This document shows, one piece after another, positions 27,125 through 36,396 of a stretch of DNA of 64,000 nt. Both the position numbers and the translations under genes were made by a program. The notes under the pieces were generated by a model. That model had not been told where the DNA came from, made no database searches, and saw only the letters and a program-made list of their open reading frames with translations. The DNA is from Bacillota bacterium (GTDB lineage: Bacteria; Bacillota; DTU065), in assembly GCA_036721855.1 (NCBI GenBank), contig DAIMKF010000002.1, positions 16,391 through 80,390 on the forward strand, read 5' to 3'. Numbering within the stretch: the stretch's first letter is position 1; the number at the start of each line of letters is the position of its first letter.

Positions 27125-27219
27125 CAACTTTTCCGTATCGGTTTGGGGTATGGTTCAAATAGTTTCCCTTTCGAACCTTGCCTTTAAGGTATCCCTTTTT
27201 TTCTTAATTTTTATTTTAT

Positions 27220-28641
27220 TTATTGCACGCCATAAAAAACTTCCGAGCATAGTGGCTCACTCTTCAAACCAAAAGTATCAACTGCTACAATCTGGATTTC
27301 ATATTCTCTATCGGTTTCAAGCAAGCCGAAGAGAACTTTAAAATCGTCGATTTTTGCTGTCTTGGATAGTTTAGTTTTCATTTGTTCGGGATTTGCACTG
27401 CGATAAAAATCGGAATAGGTAATTGTGTGGTGATAACCAGCCGGATAGCCGGTATCATGTTCAAGCAGATGAATTTCGTAGTAGTAAACTAAATCGTCAT
27501 CTTTCGCGGCGTCAAAGTCAAAATAGATCATTCTTTTAGTAATTCGCTTAATCTTAATGGCTGCATCCTTTTCAAAATAAGGAGCTTTATTATTAGCTGT
27601 CATTGCCTCTAGCGTGTAAGCTTGTAAATGCGATTTGTCCTCTTTAGGGGAGGGTACAATCCAGGGCTTTTTGATCTCAGCTTTATTAAAAAAGTCCATT
27701 CTAGTAATACGTACATTGTTGTTTTTATCTACTTCCAGATAGAGCCCTTGTGAGAAACTGCGGCAATCACCTGGTTCCATGCCTCCACCTGTATCTACTG
27801 GTTTAATACCATTAATAACCCCTTCCAAAGAACAATAGAGAGTGCCCCCACAACCCAGTGCTGTATAGCTCTTTTGGTGAATATTTCTCTCATCGTTAAG
27901 TGGAAAATGCAAATGCCCACCAAAGGTAAATACCTGAGGGTAATCTTTTAAAACCTGATTGATATTTGTTGAGTACCAGTATGAACCTTCTTTACTGCCG
28001 TAAACCGTATCATATATTACCGGGTGGGTGGCCACAAAAATTGGTTTTGCGGGATCGTCTGCCACAGCTTCATCTAAAGCTTTTTTCAACCAGTCTAAAT
28101 CCTCTTTGGCATGGTGACAGCCACCATTATAATATTTACAATTTACCGCAATAAAGTGGTAACCATTAACAACCAGGTGATGATTGCCATTTTTGATTTC
28201 TTCAGCCGTAGCACCTTTGTAAGCATAGTCGCCGAGGCCCTGTTTAAAAACCTCTCCATTATAGGGTTTGCTATCAAACGCTATATCGTGATTGCCTAAA
28301 GCAAAGATAAATTCAGTGCCCTTTTTAGCTAGCTCAAATTTGTCTAACGTACGCTTCAAGGTTTGTATCTCATAAAGTGAACCGCCATCGGTTAAATCTC
28401 CCGCTACAAAGATCGCGTCTAATCTGTTATCGCCTGTTTTTTTATAAAGCTGTCTTAGGCATTCTTCAAATTTAGCTGCTCCTTGGGTGTAGTGTAGATC
28501 TGAGATAGCGCCAAACCTTAAAACAATATTATTTTCATCGAATTCTATTTCACTTGCCAAAATACCTATACTCAAAAGCCCAATACTTATAGAAATTAAC
28601 ATCAACCATAACAATATCCGTCTTTTACCAAGATCACACAT
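27220..28641 (-). CDS. Membrane-anchored calcineurin-like metallophosphoesterase with C-terminal beta-sandwich-like domain (paralog 1)
   Basis: Motifs ISDLH, AGDLTD, GNHD, ATHP and GGHLH. N-terminal anchor ILLWLMLISISIGLLSIGILA. Clear similarity throughout to 29913..31298. Confidence 0.75.
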   Translation of the reverse strand: MCDLGKRRILLWLMLISISIGLLSIGILASEIEFDENNIVLRFGAISDLHYTQGAAKFEECLRQLYKKTGDNRLDAIFVAGDLTDGGSLYEIQTLKRTLDKFELAKKGTEFIFALGNHDIAFDSKPYNGEVFKQGLGDYAYKGATAEEIKNGNHHLVVNGYHFIAVNCKYYNGGCHHAKEDLDWLKKALDEAVADDPAKPIFVATHPVIYDTVYGSKEGSYWYSTNINQVLKDYPQVFTFGGHLHFPLNDERNIHQKSYTALGCGGTLYCSLEGVINGIKPVDTGGGMEPGDCRSFSQGLYLEVDKNNNVRITRMDFFNKAEIKKPWIVPSPKEDKSHLQAYTLEAMTANNKAPYFEKDAAIKIKRITKRMIYFDFDAAKDDDLVYYYEIHLLEHDTGYPAGYHHTITYSDFYRSANPEQMKTKLSKTAKIDDFKVLFGLLETDREYEIQIVAVDTFGLKSEPLCSEVFYGVQ

Positions 28642-29067
28642 TTAAATCGCCTCTTTTTTCTTAATTTAAAACAAGTATATCAGCCCGCAGAAAACGTTTT
28701 CATTTTAGAATAAGTTTTTTAACAAAAAATTTCTCTGTCTTCTTCCCTCGGCCGTTTTTACCCTCGACAAAAGGCTTTGTATTTAATACTTCTTTTCGCA
28801 AATGCTAACTCCTTTTGGACTTTGGAAATTTCCCTATGAAGCTAGCTATATGGACGACCTCTTTGAGATTTGTAAAAATATCTCTTTTTATAGGATATGG
28901 GATGTACCTTATTAGAAGGTTATATAGTCGATAAGGCCTTAAGGAGACTTTTACTATACCTAGTTCCGACAGTAAAACAAAATTAAACCCGCTATAACCT
29001 TGAAGTGGTTTGGTTATAGTGGGTTTGTCTTTTATGTTTAGATTTTGCTTATCCCAATTTATTTTAG

Positions 29068-29106
29068 CACCCTTTGAAGCATCTCTTCCCAATGCTTCAA
29101 AGGGTG
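29068..29106 (-). terminator. Strong stem-loop downstream of the DUF1080-like gene
   Basis: 15-bp perfect inverted repeat CACCCTTTGAAGCAT / ATGCTTCAAAGGGTG with a 9-nt loop. No clear U-tract. Confidence 0.45.
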
Positions 29107-29122
29107 TGTCTATCTTTTGTAA

Positions 29123-29764
29123 TTATTCAGCTTCGTTTTCGAAGGCTTTGTATTTCTTTCTATCATAAGGTTCAATAGTTATATTATCAAAAGCTACCTC
29201 ACAGCCATTTACATGAAGACCAAATATTCCTTCATCTCTATAGCCAGTCTCAATGGCTGCAAATTGCAGTTCGTCATCGATAAAATAAAGGAAGATATCA
29301 TCGCAAACAGCTACAGTTAACCTATAGGTTTGATTATATCCAAATGCTGTAGCATAAGGTTTTATACGTCTTACATCCCATTGACCATCGGGTCTGCGGA
29401 AAGCTAATTCTGTACCGTTGCGGGCATTAGAACCTTTTCTAACTGTAAACATATGATACGGTGGTGCCCCATCTTCAGGAGCACGGAAAAAGATAGAACA
29501 CCAGCGGGCATTATCTTTAGCTGAAAGGAAAGTAATATCAACAGAGTAAACAAAATCTTCCATCTCCGGACCAAAAACCACTCTACCTTGAACTGCGATC
29601 GAAGGACTCTCACCTATAATTCGCCCATCTTCTACCTTCCAGTCGCCTTCAATAATTTCAAACCCTGCCGGAAGTCCTTCACCAGAAAAATCTTGGTTAT
29701 AGGATGCCAATGCAACCAATGATAACACCAAAACCATAAGAATAACTGTCCAACACCTTCTCAC
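29123..29764 (-). CDS. Secreted DUF1080-like (concanavalin/LamG-fold, 3-keto-disaccharide hydrolase-like) protein
   Basis: Probable GTG start at 29764, 7 nt after AAGGGGGA, giving M-RRCWTVILMVLVLSLVALA as signal peptide. The GDWKVEDGRIIG motif is typical of DUF1080 as far as I recall it. Confidence 0.5.
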   Translation of the reverse strand: MRRCWTVILMVLVLSLVALASYNQDFSGEGLPAGFEIIEGDWKVEDGRIIGESPSIAVQGRVVFGPEMEDFVYSVDITFLSAKDNARWCSIFFRAPEDGAPPYHMFTVRKGSNARNGTELAFRRPDGQWDVRRIKPYATAFGYNQTYRLTVAVCDDIFLYFIDDELQFAAIETGYRDEGIFGLHVNGCEVAFDNITIEPYDRKKYKAFENEAE

Positions 29765-29912
29765 AAAAACATCCCCCTTCATAATTACTATGCTAAAGCA
29801 TTTCGCTTTCGAATATTATTTACCTGCCAAATATTCCTTTTCGAGCAAAATGTTAGTCCTTTATCTGCCAAGTTTAATTATAATTAAATCTATGCTGCTT
29901 TCTAAAACTATT

Positions 29913-31298
29913 TTAATCAGTTATCTTTTGGCAATTAGAATAAATGGGGCTACTTTTATATCCCAAAGAATCGACAGCGACCAATTTCAAGGAATACTCC
30001 ACACCGGAAATTAATTGGCCTGAAGGCAGGTTAAATAAAGCAACATCGATTACCTTAGTTAGCCTCTTTTTCATCTTTCTCGGATCAGGTACTCTATAGA
30101 AATCTGAATAGGTAATAATAGGGGTTGCTCCAGGTAAAGAACTCTTTTTTGCCTCTAATAAATGAAGCTCATAATAATAGACATAATCATCATCCAAAGC
30201 TGCATCAAACTCTACTTCAAGCTTATCTTTGTTAACTACACGCAAAACTGCCTCTGCGGTTTCTAGAAAATAAGGGGGTTTATTATTTTTTGATCTGGCT
30301 TCATTGGTATATTTAACTAGGTGAGATTTATTTTGTTTGGGACTAGGAATAATCCAAGGCTTTTTAATTTCTGCCCTATTAAAAAAGTCCATTCTTGTAA
30401 TCTTAACATTATGCTTTTTATCTACTTCTACAAAAAGGCCTTGTGAAAAGCTATGACAGTCTTCAGGTTCCATACCACCTTTAGTATCGATAGGTTTGAT
30501 GCCTTCGATTTCGCTTTCCAAAGAGCAATACAAAGTACATCCTGTCCCCAGGGCTGTATAACTCTTCTGATATATGTTGCGTTCGTCATTCAAGGGGAAG
30601 TGAAGATGCCCACCAAAGGCCATAACCTGGGGATAGTTCTGAAGCAGTTTATCTATATTGTCAGAATACCAGTAAGTACTTTCTCTGCTTCCATAAACCG
30701 TATCATAGATCACAGGATGAGTAGCTAAGAAGATTGGTTTTTGGGGATCGTCTAAAACGGCTCGATCCAGTTTAGTCTTTAACCAATTTAAATCCTCGCT
30801 TAGGTGATGACATCCACCATTATATACCTTGCAATTTACTGCCATAAAGTGATAGCCTTTTACAGTTATATGATGGTTACCATTTTTTATCTCCTTTGCT
30901 GATGCTCCTTCAAAAGCATAATCAGCAAGGACTTGCTTAAACATTTCACCGTTAAAAGGTTTTTCGTCAAACGCTAGATCGTGGTTTCCTAAAGCAAAAA
31001 GAAATTTAGTTTTCTTTTCTCCAAGCTCAAAATCATCTAAGACCTCTTTGAGAGCCTGTACTTGTTCAAAAGCACCATTATCTGTTAGATCCCCTGCTAC
31101 AAAAATAACATCCAGTTGGTTATTGGCTTTTGCATACAACTGTCTCAAACACTCTGCAAACTTATCTCTGCCTGGATGTAAATGTAGATCTGAAATAGCT
31201 CCAAACCTTAAAACAATATTACCTTCATCAAAACTTAATTCTTCTTTTTCATCTAAAAAAGTATTAATCCGATTCAAAAGAACATACTCCCTTCGCAA
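29913..31298 (-). CDS. Calcineurin-like metallophosphoesterase (paralog 2, no N-terminal anchor)
   Basis: Same motif set as paralog 1 (ISDLH, AGDLTD, GNHD, ATHP, GGHLH). The start is uncertain: TTG 31298 in the track, or TTG 31277, which lies 8 nt after AAGGGAG. Confidence 0.75.
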   Translation of the reverse strand: MRREYVLLNRINTFLDEKEELSFDEGNIVLRFGAISDLHLHPGRDKFAECLRQLYAKANNQLDVIFVAGDLTDNGAFEQVQALKEVLDDFELGEKKTKFLFALGNHDLAFDEKPFNGEMFKQVLADYAFEGASAKEIKNGNHHITVKGYHFMAVNCKVYNGGCHHLSEDLNWLKTKLDRAVLDDPQKPIFLATHPVIYDTVYGSRESTYWYSDNIDKLLQNYPQVMAFGGHLHFPLNDERNIYQKSYTALGTGCTLYCSLESEIEGIKPIDTKGGMEPEDCHSFSQGLFVEVDKKHNVKITRMDFFNRAEIKKPWIIPSPKQNKSHLVKYTNEARSKNNKPPYFLETAEAVLRVVNKDKLEVEFDAALDDDYVYYYELHLLEAKKSSLPGATPIITYSDFYRVPDPRKMKKRLTKVIDVALFNLPSGQLISGVEYSLKLVAVDSLGYKSSPIYSNCQKITD

Positions 31299-31512
31299 AG
31301 CCTGCTTTAAATATTAAAAACTTCTTTTACTACCTATTTTAATTGTACTGTTAACATTAACCAGAATCAAGAAAACGGTTTCTAAATAAATTATAAACAA
31401 TAATTTAAACGAACTTCTTTTGGGATTGTTGAAAGCATTGCACAAGCTAGCGAAAAAGGATACCATATAAAGAAAGTACTAGCTTTCACACCGCTACCTT
31501 GGAGGGAGTCTA

Positions 31513-32496
31513 ATGGAGGAAAGAATCAACATTGGAATAGTTGGCTATGGCAATTTAGGCAAAGGTGTTGAATTGGCCATAAAACAAAACGAAGATATGC
31601 AATTAGTTGCTATATTTTCACGTAGAGAGCCTGAAAGCCTCAGAATTGTTGATAAAACCATTCCTGTATTGCCAATTTCTAAAGCTAAAGATTACCAGAG
31701 CAAAATCGATGTTATGATTTTATGTGGAGGATCGGCCAAAGATTTGCCCGAACAAGGTCCCTTCTTTGCTAAGTATTTTAATACAGTAGATAGTTTTGAT
31801 ACTCATGCCAAGATTCCTCAATATTATCAAGCCCTCAATCAGACAGCTAAAGAAAGTGGCAAGACAAGCATCATCTCCGTAGGCTGGGATCCTGGACTAT
31901 TTTCACTAATGCGTATAATCTCCGAAGCTATTTTACCTGATGGTAAAACTTATACTTTTTGGGGCAAAGGTGTAAGCCAAGGCCATTCTGACGCCATTCG
32001 ACGTGTAGAAGGAGTTAAAGGTGGCATTCAATACACAATACCCTCAAAAGAAGCAATTACTAGAGTAAGAAATGGTGAAAGGCCCAACCTTACCGTCGCT
32101 GACAAACATCAGAGAGAATGCTTTGTGGTTGCAGAAGATGGAGCAGATAAAGCCAAAATTGAATCTGCCATTAAGACGATGCCCGACTACTTTTTAGATT
32201 ATAAAACAACTGTACATTTTATAAGTGAAACAGAGCTTAAAGAAAAGCATTCTCCAATGCCTCATGGTGGATTTGTTATTCGCAGTGGCCAAACAAATAA
32301 CAATAATAATCAGCTGGTTGAGTTCTCTTTGAATTTAAAAAGCAACCCGGAATTTACCGCCAGTGTGTTAACTGCTTATGCCCGTGCTGCTTATCGTTTA
32401 AATAAAGAAGGCCAGATTGGAGCTAAAACTATTGTAGATATTGCGCCTGTTTATTTAGCCAAAAAACCTGTTGCTACTCTAATGAGTGAACTATGA
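31513..32496 (+). CDS. ddh: meso-Diaminopimelate D-dehydrogenase
   Basis: Collinear with the Corynebacterium Ddh as I recall it: IVGYGNLGKGVE, FSRR, GWDPGLFS, FWGKGVSQGHSDAIRR, MPDYF, MPHGG, NPEFTAS. GGAGGGAG SD. Confidence 0.9.
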   Translation: MEERINIGIVGYGNLGKGVELAIKQNEDMQLVAIFSRREPESLRIVDKTIPVLPISKAKDYQSKIDVMILCGGSAKDLPEQGPFFAKYFNTVDSFDTHAKIPQYYQALNQTAKESGKTSIISVGWDPGLFSLMRIISEAILPDGKTYTFWGKGVSQGHSDAIRRVEGVKGGIQYTIPSKEAITRVRNGERPNLTVADKHQRECFVVAEDGADKAKIESAIKTMPDYFLDYKTTVHFISETELKEKHSPMPHGGFVIRSGQTNNNNNQLVEFSLNLKSNPEFTASVLTAYARAAYRLNKEGQIGAKTIVDIAPVYLAKKPVATLMSEL

Positions 32497-32567
32497 ACTC
32501 AGCTATAAGATCATAATTAGAAACACTACTTTTAATACGAAAGGAAATGTTTACCGCAAAATTAAAG

Positions 32568-32616
32568 GGCTGTTGCACAATTAACTGATTATTTAGTTGC
32601 GCGGCAGCCTTTTTTT
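32568..32616 (+). terminator. Rho-independent terminator after ddh; its left arm may double as an IS terminal repeat
   Basis: GGCTGTTGCACAA pairs with TTGCGCGGCAGCC (13 positions, one mismatch, two G-U), followed by T7. Confidence 0.55.
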
Positions 32617-32689
32617 GTGTGTACAACAGAAAAACGAGCTCAGAATAGCTCATTTATGGTATGATATAACTATTGAAACTAAAATATTA

Positions 32690-33176
32690 TATACAAATAA
32701 TTATCGCACGTTGGGGTCAGGTAATCAACTGGTTTTACCATTAAATTCAAAGGTTCTTATTCCTGAAGACGACTCGGTGAGATTGCTAAGCCATTTATTG
32801 GAGGAATTAAACTACTAAAAGCTATACAAGGCATACTCCCGCAAAGGGAGTATGCCTTCAGTTCAACCTAAAACAGCCTTCAAAATATTGACCTACGCTT
32901 ATATGCGCTTAGATGAATAACATCTATTCAAGTAGGAAATAGAGTCGTCATATAAGCGCGACATCAACTTTATGTGGTTGTTAAACGGAGAAAAGGCACC
33001 AGATCATTGTGCAATATCTAGATTTAGACAGCGCTTTCTGTCTAATGCTGTTGAAGACCTTTTCTATCAATTGCGGCGAGATCGAGTTTGAAAACTTATT
33101 TATTGATGGAACTAAAATAGAAGCTAATGTTAACCGTTATATTTTGTCTGGAAGAAAGCGAAATAAAAACTCCTTT
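32690..33176 (+). mobile_element. IS1182-family transposase gene remnant (N-terminal third only, multiple stops and frameshifts)
   Basis: Three-frame reading gives NQLVLPLNSKVLIPEDDSVRLLSHLLEELNY*KLYKAYSRKGSMPSVQPKTAFKILTYAY...RDINFMWLLNGEKAPDHCAISRFRQRFL..VEDLFYQL...EIEFENLFIDGTKIEANVNRY(fs)FVWKKAK*. This follows the IS1182 N-terminal (DUF772) pattern. The DDE domain is absent. Confidence 0.7.
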
Positions 33177-33336
33177 GCACCCTATAAAACAGACTGCTTA
33201 GGATTGATTTTTTAAAAACCCTAAGGGGTTCTTTTGCCTTGCCAAAAATTTGTAGTTTCTAACAAAAAAAGGAACGTTGCTCCCTACTTTTTTAGTAGTT
33301 TTGCAACGCCCCCTTATTCATTGCTTTATCTGTTTC

Positions 33337-34632
33337 TTATTTCTTTTGTTCATCCAGTAGCTTTTTGATATACCTAGAGTACTCACTTTCTTTTTTACGA
33401 ATCTCCTGATTATGTTCAACAGCATATTTCTTGATAGCAACTACTGGATCTACTCCATTTAGAATAGCTTCTTCAGCCGCAAATTGTAAATAACGCCTTC
33501 TGTGTCTTGGCGCAACAAGACCATAAACCGAGGTAACGCCTTCTTTTAATACTTTTTGGTAAACTATAAGGTCCTCAGCCGGCAGATCGATCTTGGTTAT
33601 GGCTTCTAAATCAGCAGGTAAAAGCATGGTACCTGCAACCCTGGCCATACTTCTTTTAGCTAATTCAATTTGAATAGGTGTTGAAGTAATCCATTTAATA
33701 AACTCCCAAGCTTCAGCCTTCTTTTTAGATAATTTGAATATAGTCAGAGCATTTCCGGCCACAGAACTTTTCCTATCAAGTTTACCGTCGCGTAAAGTAC
33801 CAGGTACCTGTACCAAACTCCACTTGCCTGCTAATTGTGGTTGAGTTATATTTATTTTGGCATACCGTCCAGGCTGCTGTACAAAGAAAAACAAGCTGCC
33901 ATCTGCAAATCCCTGAATGTGAGGAATATTGCGGTCTATGCGATGCTTAGTGTACATTTCAACATATTCTACAAAACCATTGATTGTTTCAGGTTGATCA
34001 TACCCTGACCTTTTTAGATCCGGTGTATAATCATCTCCGCCATGTTGCCACATAAACATGTTAACATCTTCGTATAAATCTACTGAAAGTTGCCAAGCTA
34101 AAGAGATGTTACTACCTTTGGCCTGTAGTTTAGGTAAAACTTTTTTTAATTCGTCCCAAGTATCTAACCTTTTGATTCCATAATCTGCTAATAAATCATC
34201 TCTTTGAAAACCTGCCATAGAAAAATTCGCATCATAATGAATCCCAAAAACAGAACTTTGATAAGTTAAAGACCTAAAAACTGCAGGGTAGAGATTTTTA
34301 ACTACATTATCAAAATCAGGAAAAGTTGCCTTTAAATCAATAACAGCTCCCCTAACACCTAACTCCGGAGCAAATAATGGTCCCATGCCACCAACATCAG
34401 GAACATCCCCTGAGGCTGCTGCTAAAATAAACTTGTTTTCAAAATCACCCCAACTTAAATTGGTATATTCTACATCTAAGCCTGTTTTTTTAGTAAAGCT
34501 TTCTCTAGTAAGCTCTTTGTAAACATTTAGTATTTCATTATTTACACCTGTCACCCAGACTGTTAGAGTTTTAGCACTTACAATAATAGTTAAGAGAGAC
34601 AGTATCAAAACCACTAAAATTCTTTTTCTCAC
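33337..34632 (-). CDS. Family-1 (sugar-type) ABC substrate-binding protein, orphan (paralog of 21554..22852)
   Basis: Probable GTG start at 34632, 8 nt after GAGGGG, giving M-RKRILVVLILSLLTIIVSA. No permease or ATPase genes are adjacent. The C-terminal SEYSRYIKKL tail mirrors REYQRYIEKL of the paralog. Confidence 0.7.
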   Translation of the reverse strand: MRKRILVVLILSLLTIIVSAKTLTVWVTGVNNEILNVYKELTRESFTKKTGLDVEYTNLSWGDFENKFILAAASGDVPDVGGMGPLFAPELGVRGAVIDLKATFPDFDNVVKNLYPAVFRSLTYQSSVFGIHYDANFSMAGFQRDDLLADYGIKRLDTWDELKKVLPKLQAKGSNISLAWQLSVDLYEDVNMFMWQHGGDDYTPDLKRSGYDQPETINGFVEYVEMYTKHRIDRNIPHIQGFADGSLFFFVQQPGRYAKINITQPQLAGKWSLVQVPGTLRDGKLDRKSSVAGNALTIFKLSKKKAEAWEFIKWITSTPIQIELAKRSMARVAGTMLLPADLEAITKIDLPAEDLIVYQKVLKEGVTSVYGLVAPRHRRRYLQFAAEEAILNGVDPVVAIKKYAVEHNQEIRKKESEYSRYIKKLLDEQKK

Positions 34633-35168
34633 TAAAGACACCCCTCATATAAGAAATCTCTTCCCAAATGTTCACAATAAAATGCTTTTTATCATATACA
34701 TCCTTTAGAACATTTAACAAGTATTGTTATCTTGGAAATTTTTCCATAGTTAAATTCAAAACATCTAACTTTCTCTTTTTAAGAAAATCTTCACCCCTTT
34801 TGTCCAGCAAAATAATTAAACCAGTTTTCTCCTCAGGATAATAACTCCAATTAACAAACTATACCGACCTCTATTTTGTTTGTATTTCTTCCTCATTTAT
34901 CTTAAATATCCTTGTTCCAAGTTTATTCTAGTTATATCTCGGGTTAATATTGTTATATAACATTCGTTAATAATTTTCAAATCAAGTAATCAATATTTCT
35001 ATTTGATCTTAAAAAAACGAAAACATTGCCCAAATAGGCTCTCAATTCCACCAAACTCCATACAGTATAGATCTTCCTCCCAAAGTTAGTGTTTCTCTTT
35101 CCTCTGACCAGTTGTTAAAGAAATTGATGATATTGAAATTGTCACAACCGAATGAATCTATTTTAAGT

Positions 35169-35191
35169 AAAAAAACTACACTTTTGTGTAG
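35169..35191 (-). terminator. Terminator after tRNA-Arg
   Basis: Minus strand reads CTACAC-AAAA-GTGTAG followed by T7. Confidence 0.65.
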
Positions 35192-35244
35192 CTTCGATTA
35201 TACTAACTAGCAAAACAGTAAATGTAACTTTTTAGATAATAAAA

Positions 35245-35321
35245 TGGCAGCCCCGAGACGACTCGAACGTCCGGCACGCGGTTTAGGAAACCGCTGCTCT
35301 ATCCTACTGAGCTACGGGGCC
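35245..35321 (-). tRNA. tRNA-Arg (anticodon CCT), CCA encoded
   Basis: Minus strand reads GGCCCCGTAGCTCAGTAGGATAGAGCAGCGGTTTCCTAAACCGCGTGCCGGACGTTCGAGTCGTCTCGGGGCTGCCA. Cloverleaf with a 7-bp acceptor stem (G1-U72), anticodon loop TTCCTAA, and a GTTCGAGTC T-loop. Confidence 0.93.
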
Positions 35322-35482
35322 ACTTCCAAGTTATTATAACACAGACTCATAAAAACTGTAAAGATTGATAACTGCTTGAAAGATTAATTTTAGCATCCTA
35401 AATTGCGTGACTTATTTCCACCCACAAAGTTTATCAAGGTAGTAATATCTCTTGCAAATTGACCCTTTTAATAGTTTTTAGT

Positions 35483-35510
35483 AAAGGATCCAACCTAGGT
35501 TGGATCCTTT
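35483..35510 (-). terminator. 28-nt perfect palindrome downstream of the peptide ABC operon
   Basis: AAAGGATCCAACCTAGGTTGGATCCTTT. It lies 12 nt after the last permease stop. The U-tract is weak. Confidence 0.5.
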
Positions 35511-35522
35511 ATAGTTTCTGAC

Positions 35523-36389
35523 TCATGATTGCATCTTAGGATCAAGTACATCGCGGAAAGCATCGCCTATCAAGTTCCAAGCTAACACAAATAATACAAT
35601 CGCCAAACCCGGATATACAATCGTATACCAGTAAGCGAGGTGATTTTCCGGAGTGCCTAATAACCAGTTGCGACCCATGCTAATCATTTGGCCCCAATCA
35701 GCATAGCCTACCGGTGCACCAACACCTAAAAAACTTAAGCCTGCTGCCGTAATAACAACCGACCCAATATTCATACTAGCTTGCACTAATACCGGAAAAA
35801 TTGTATTGGGCAAGACATGCTTAATGATAATTAGCCAGTCCTTAACACCACTTGCTTTTGCGGCTAAAATATATTCTTCTTCTTTAATAGCTAAGATACT
35901 ACCACGTATAAGACGAGCATAGTCCATCCAATAAAAACAAATCATTGTAAGCATAACCTTATTTAATCCTGGTCCAAGAATTGTAGTTACAACAACTGCT
36001 GCAATAAGAAAAGGGAAACTCATAAAGATATCTACTATGCGCATTAAGATATTATCGAAAAGACCACCAAAATACCCTGCGATCGAACCAATAAAAATCC
36101 CCAAGCTACAGCTCACCCCAACAACGACTAAACCCACCCAAAAAGCTGAACGTGTACCCCAGACAAGGCCATAAAAAATATCATACTGACCTTCTGTCAA
36201 ACCAAATGGATGTTCAGGAGAAGGTGGTTTTGGAGTAGAGCCCCAGCCGTATCTAGGAATTAGATACTTTTGACTTGGATTTTTTGGTGGAGCTATTTGA
36301 GGTGCAAATATAGCGACTATAATAAAACCCAATAGTAGGATTAGCCCAAAGAGTGAGATGGGGTTTTTAATTAATTTTTTTAATAACAT
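35523..36389 (-). CDS. Peptide/nickel ABC permease (OppC/DppC type)
   Basis: 288 aa, 6 TM segments, N-terminal OppC-type extension. Last gene of the operon. Confidence 0.8.
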   Translation of the reverse strand: MLLKKLIKNPISLFGLILLLGFIIVAIFAPQIAPPKNPSQKYLIPRYGWGSTPKPPSPEHPFGLTEGQYDIFYGLVWGTRSAFWVGLVVVGVSCSLGIFIGSIAGYFGGLFDNILMRIVDIFMSFPFLIAAVVVTTILGPGLNKVMLTMICFYWMDYARLIRGSILAIKEEEYILAAKASGVKDWLIIIKHVLPNTIFPVLVQASMNIGSVVITAAGLSFLGVGAPVGYADWGQMISMGRNWLLGTPENHLAYWYTIVYPGLAIVLFVLAWNLIGDAFRDVLDPKMQS

Positions 36390-36396
36390 TAAAATC

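Noticed and set aside
27069-27341. 90-aa track ORF spanning the AraC terminator and the 3' end of phosphoesterase paralog 1.
   Set aside because: It runs through a rho-independent terminator and overlaps a supported gene antisense, so it is not credible.
28805-29092. 95-aa track ORF between the phosphoesterase and DUF1080-like genes.
   Set aside because: Its start lies inside the 15-bp inverted repeat at 29068-29106. It has no SD, and the composition is Lys/Ile/Leu-rich and AT-driven.
32597-33215. Track ORFs 32597..32818 and 33009..33215 as independent genes.
   Set aside because: They are fragments of the same degraded IS1182-family transposase reading frame, not separate genes.
34700-34860. 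Start-less open frame on the minus strand (VNWSYYPEEKTGLIILLDKRGEDFLKKRKLDVLNLTMEKFPR*) upstream of the orphan SBP.
   Set aside because: It may be a relic of a regulator C-terminus, but there is no start codon or diagnostic motif, and it is too short to call a pseudogene.
34999-35061. 20-aa ORF MEFGGIESLFGQCFRFFKIK, with GGGAGGAAG 11 nt upstream, in the 520-bp AT-rich gap between tRNA-Arg and the orphan SBP.
   Set aside because: It has no terminator, no recognisable peptide class, and sub-optimal spacing. A single SD-like word in a long spacer is weak evidence.
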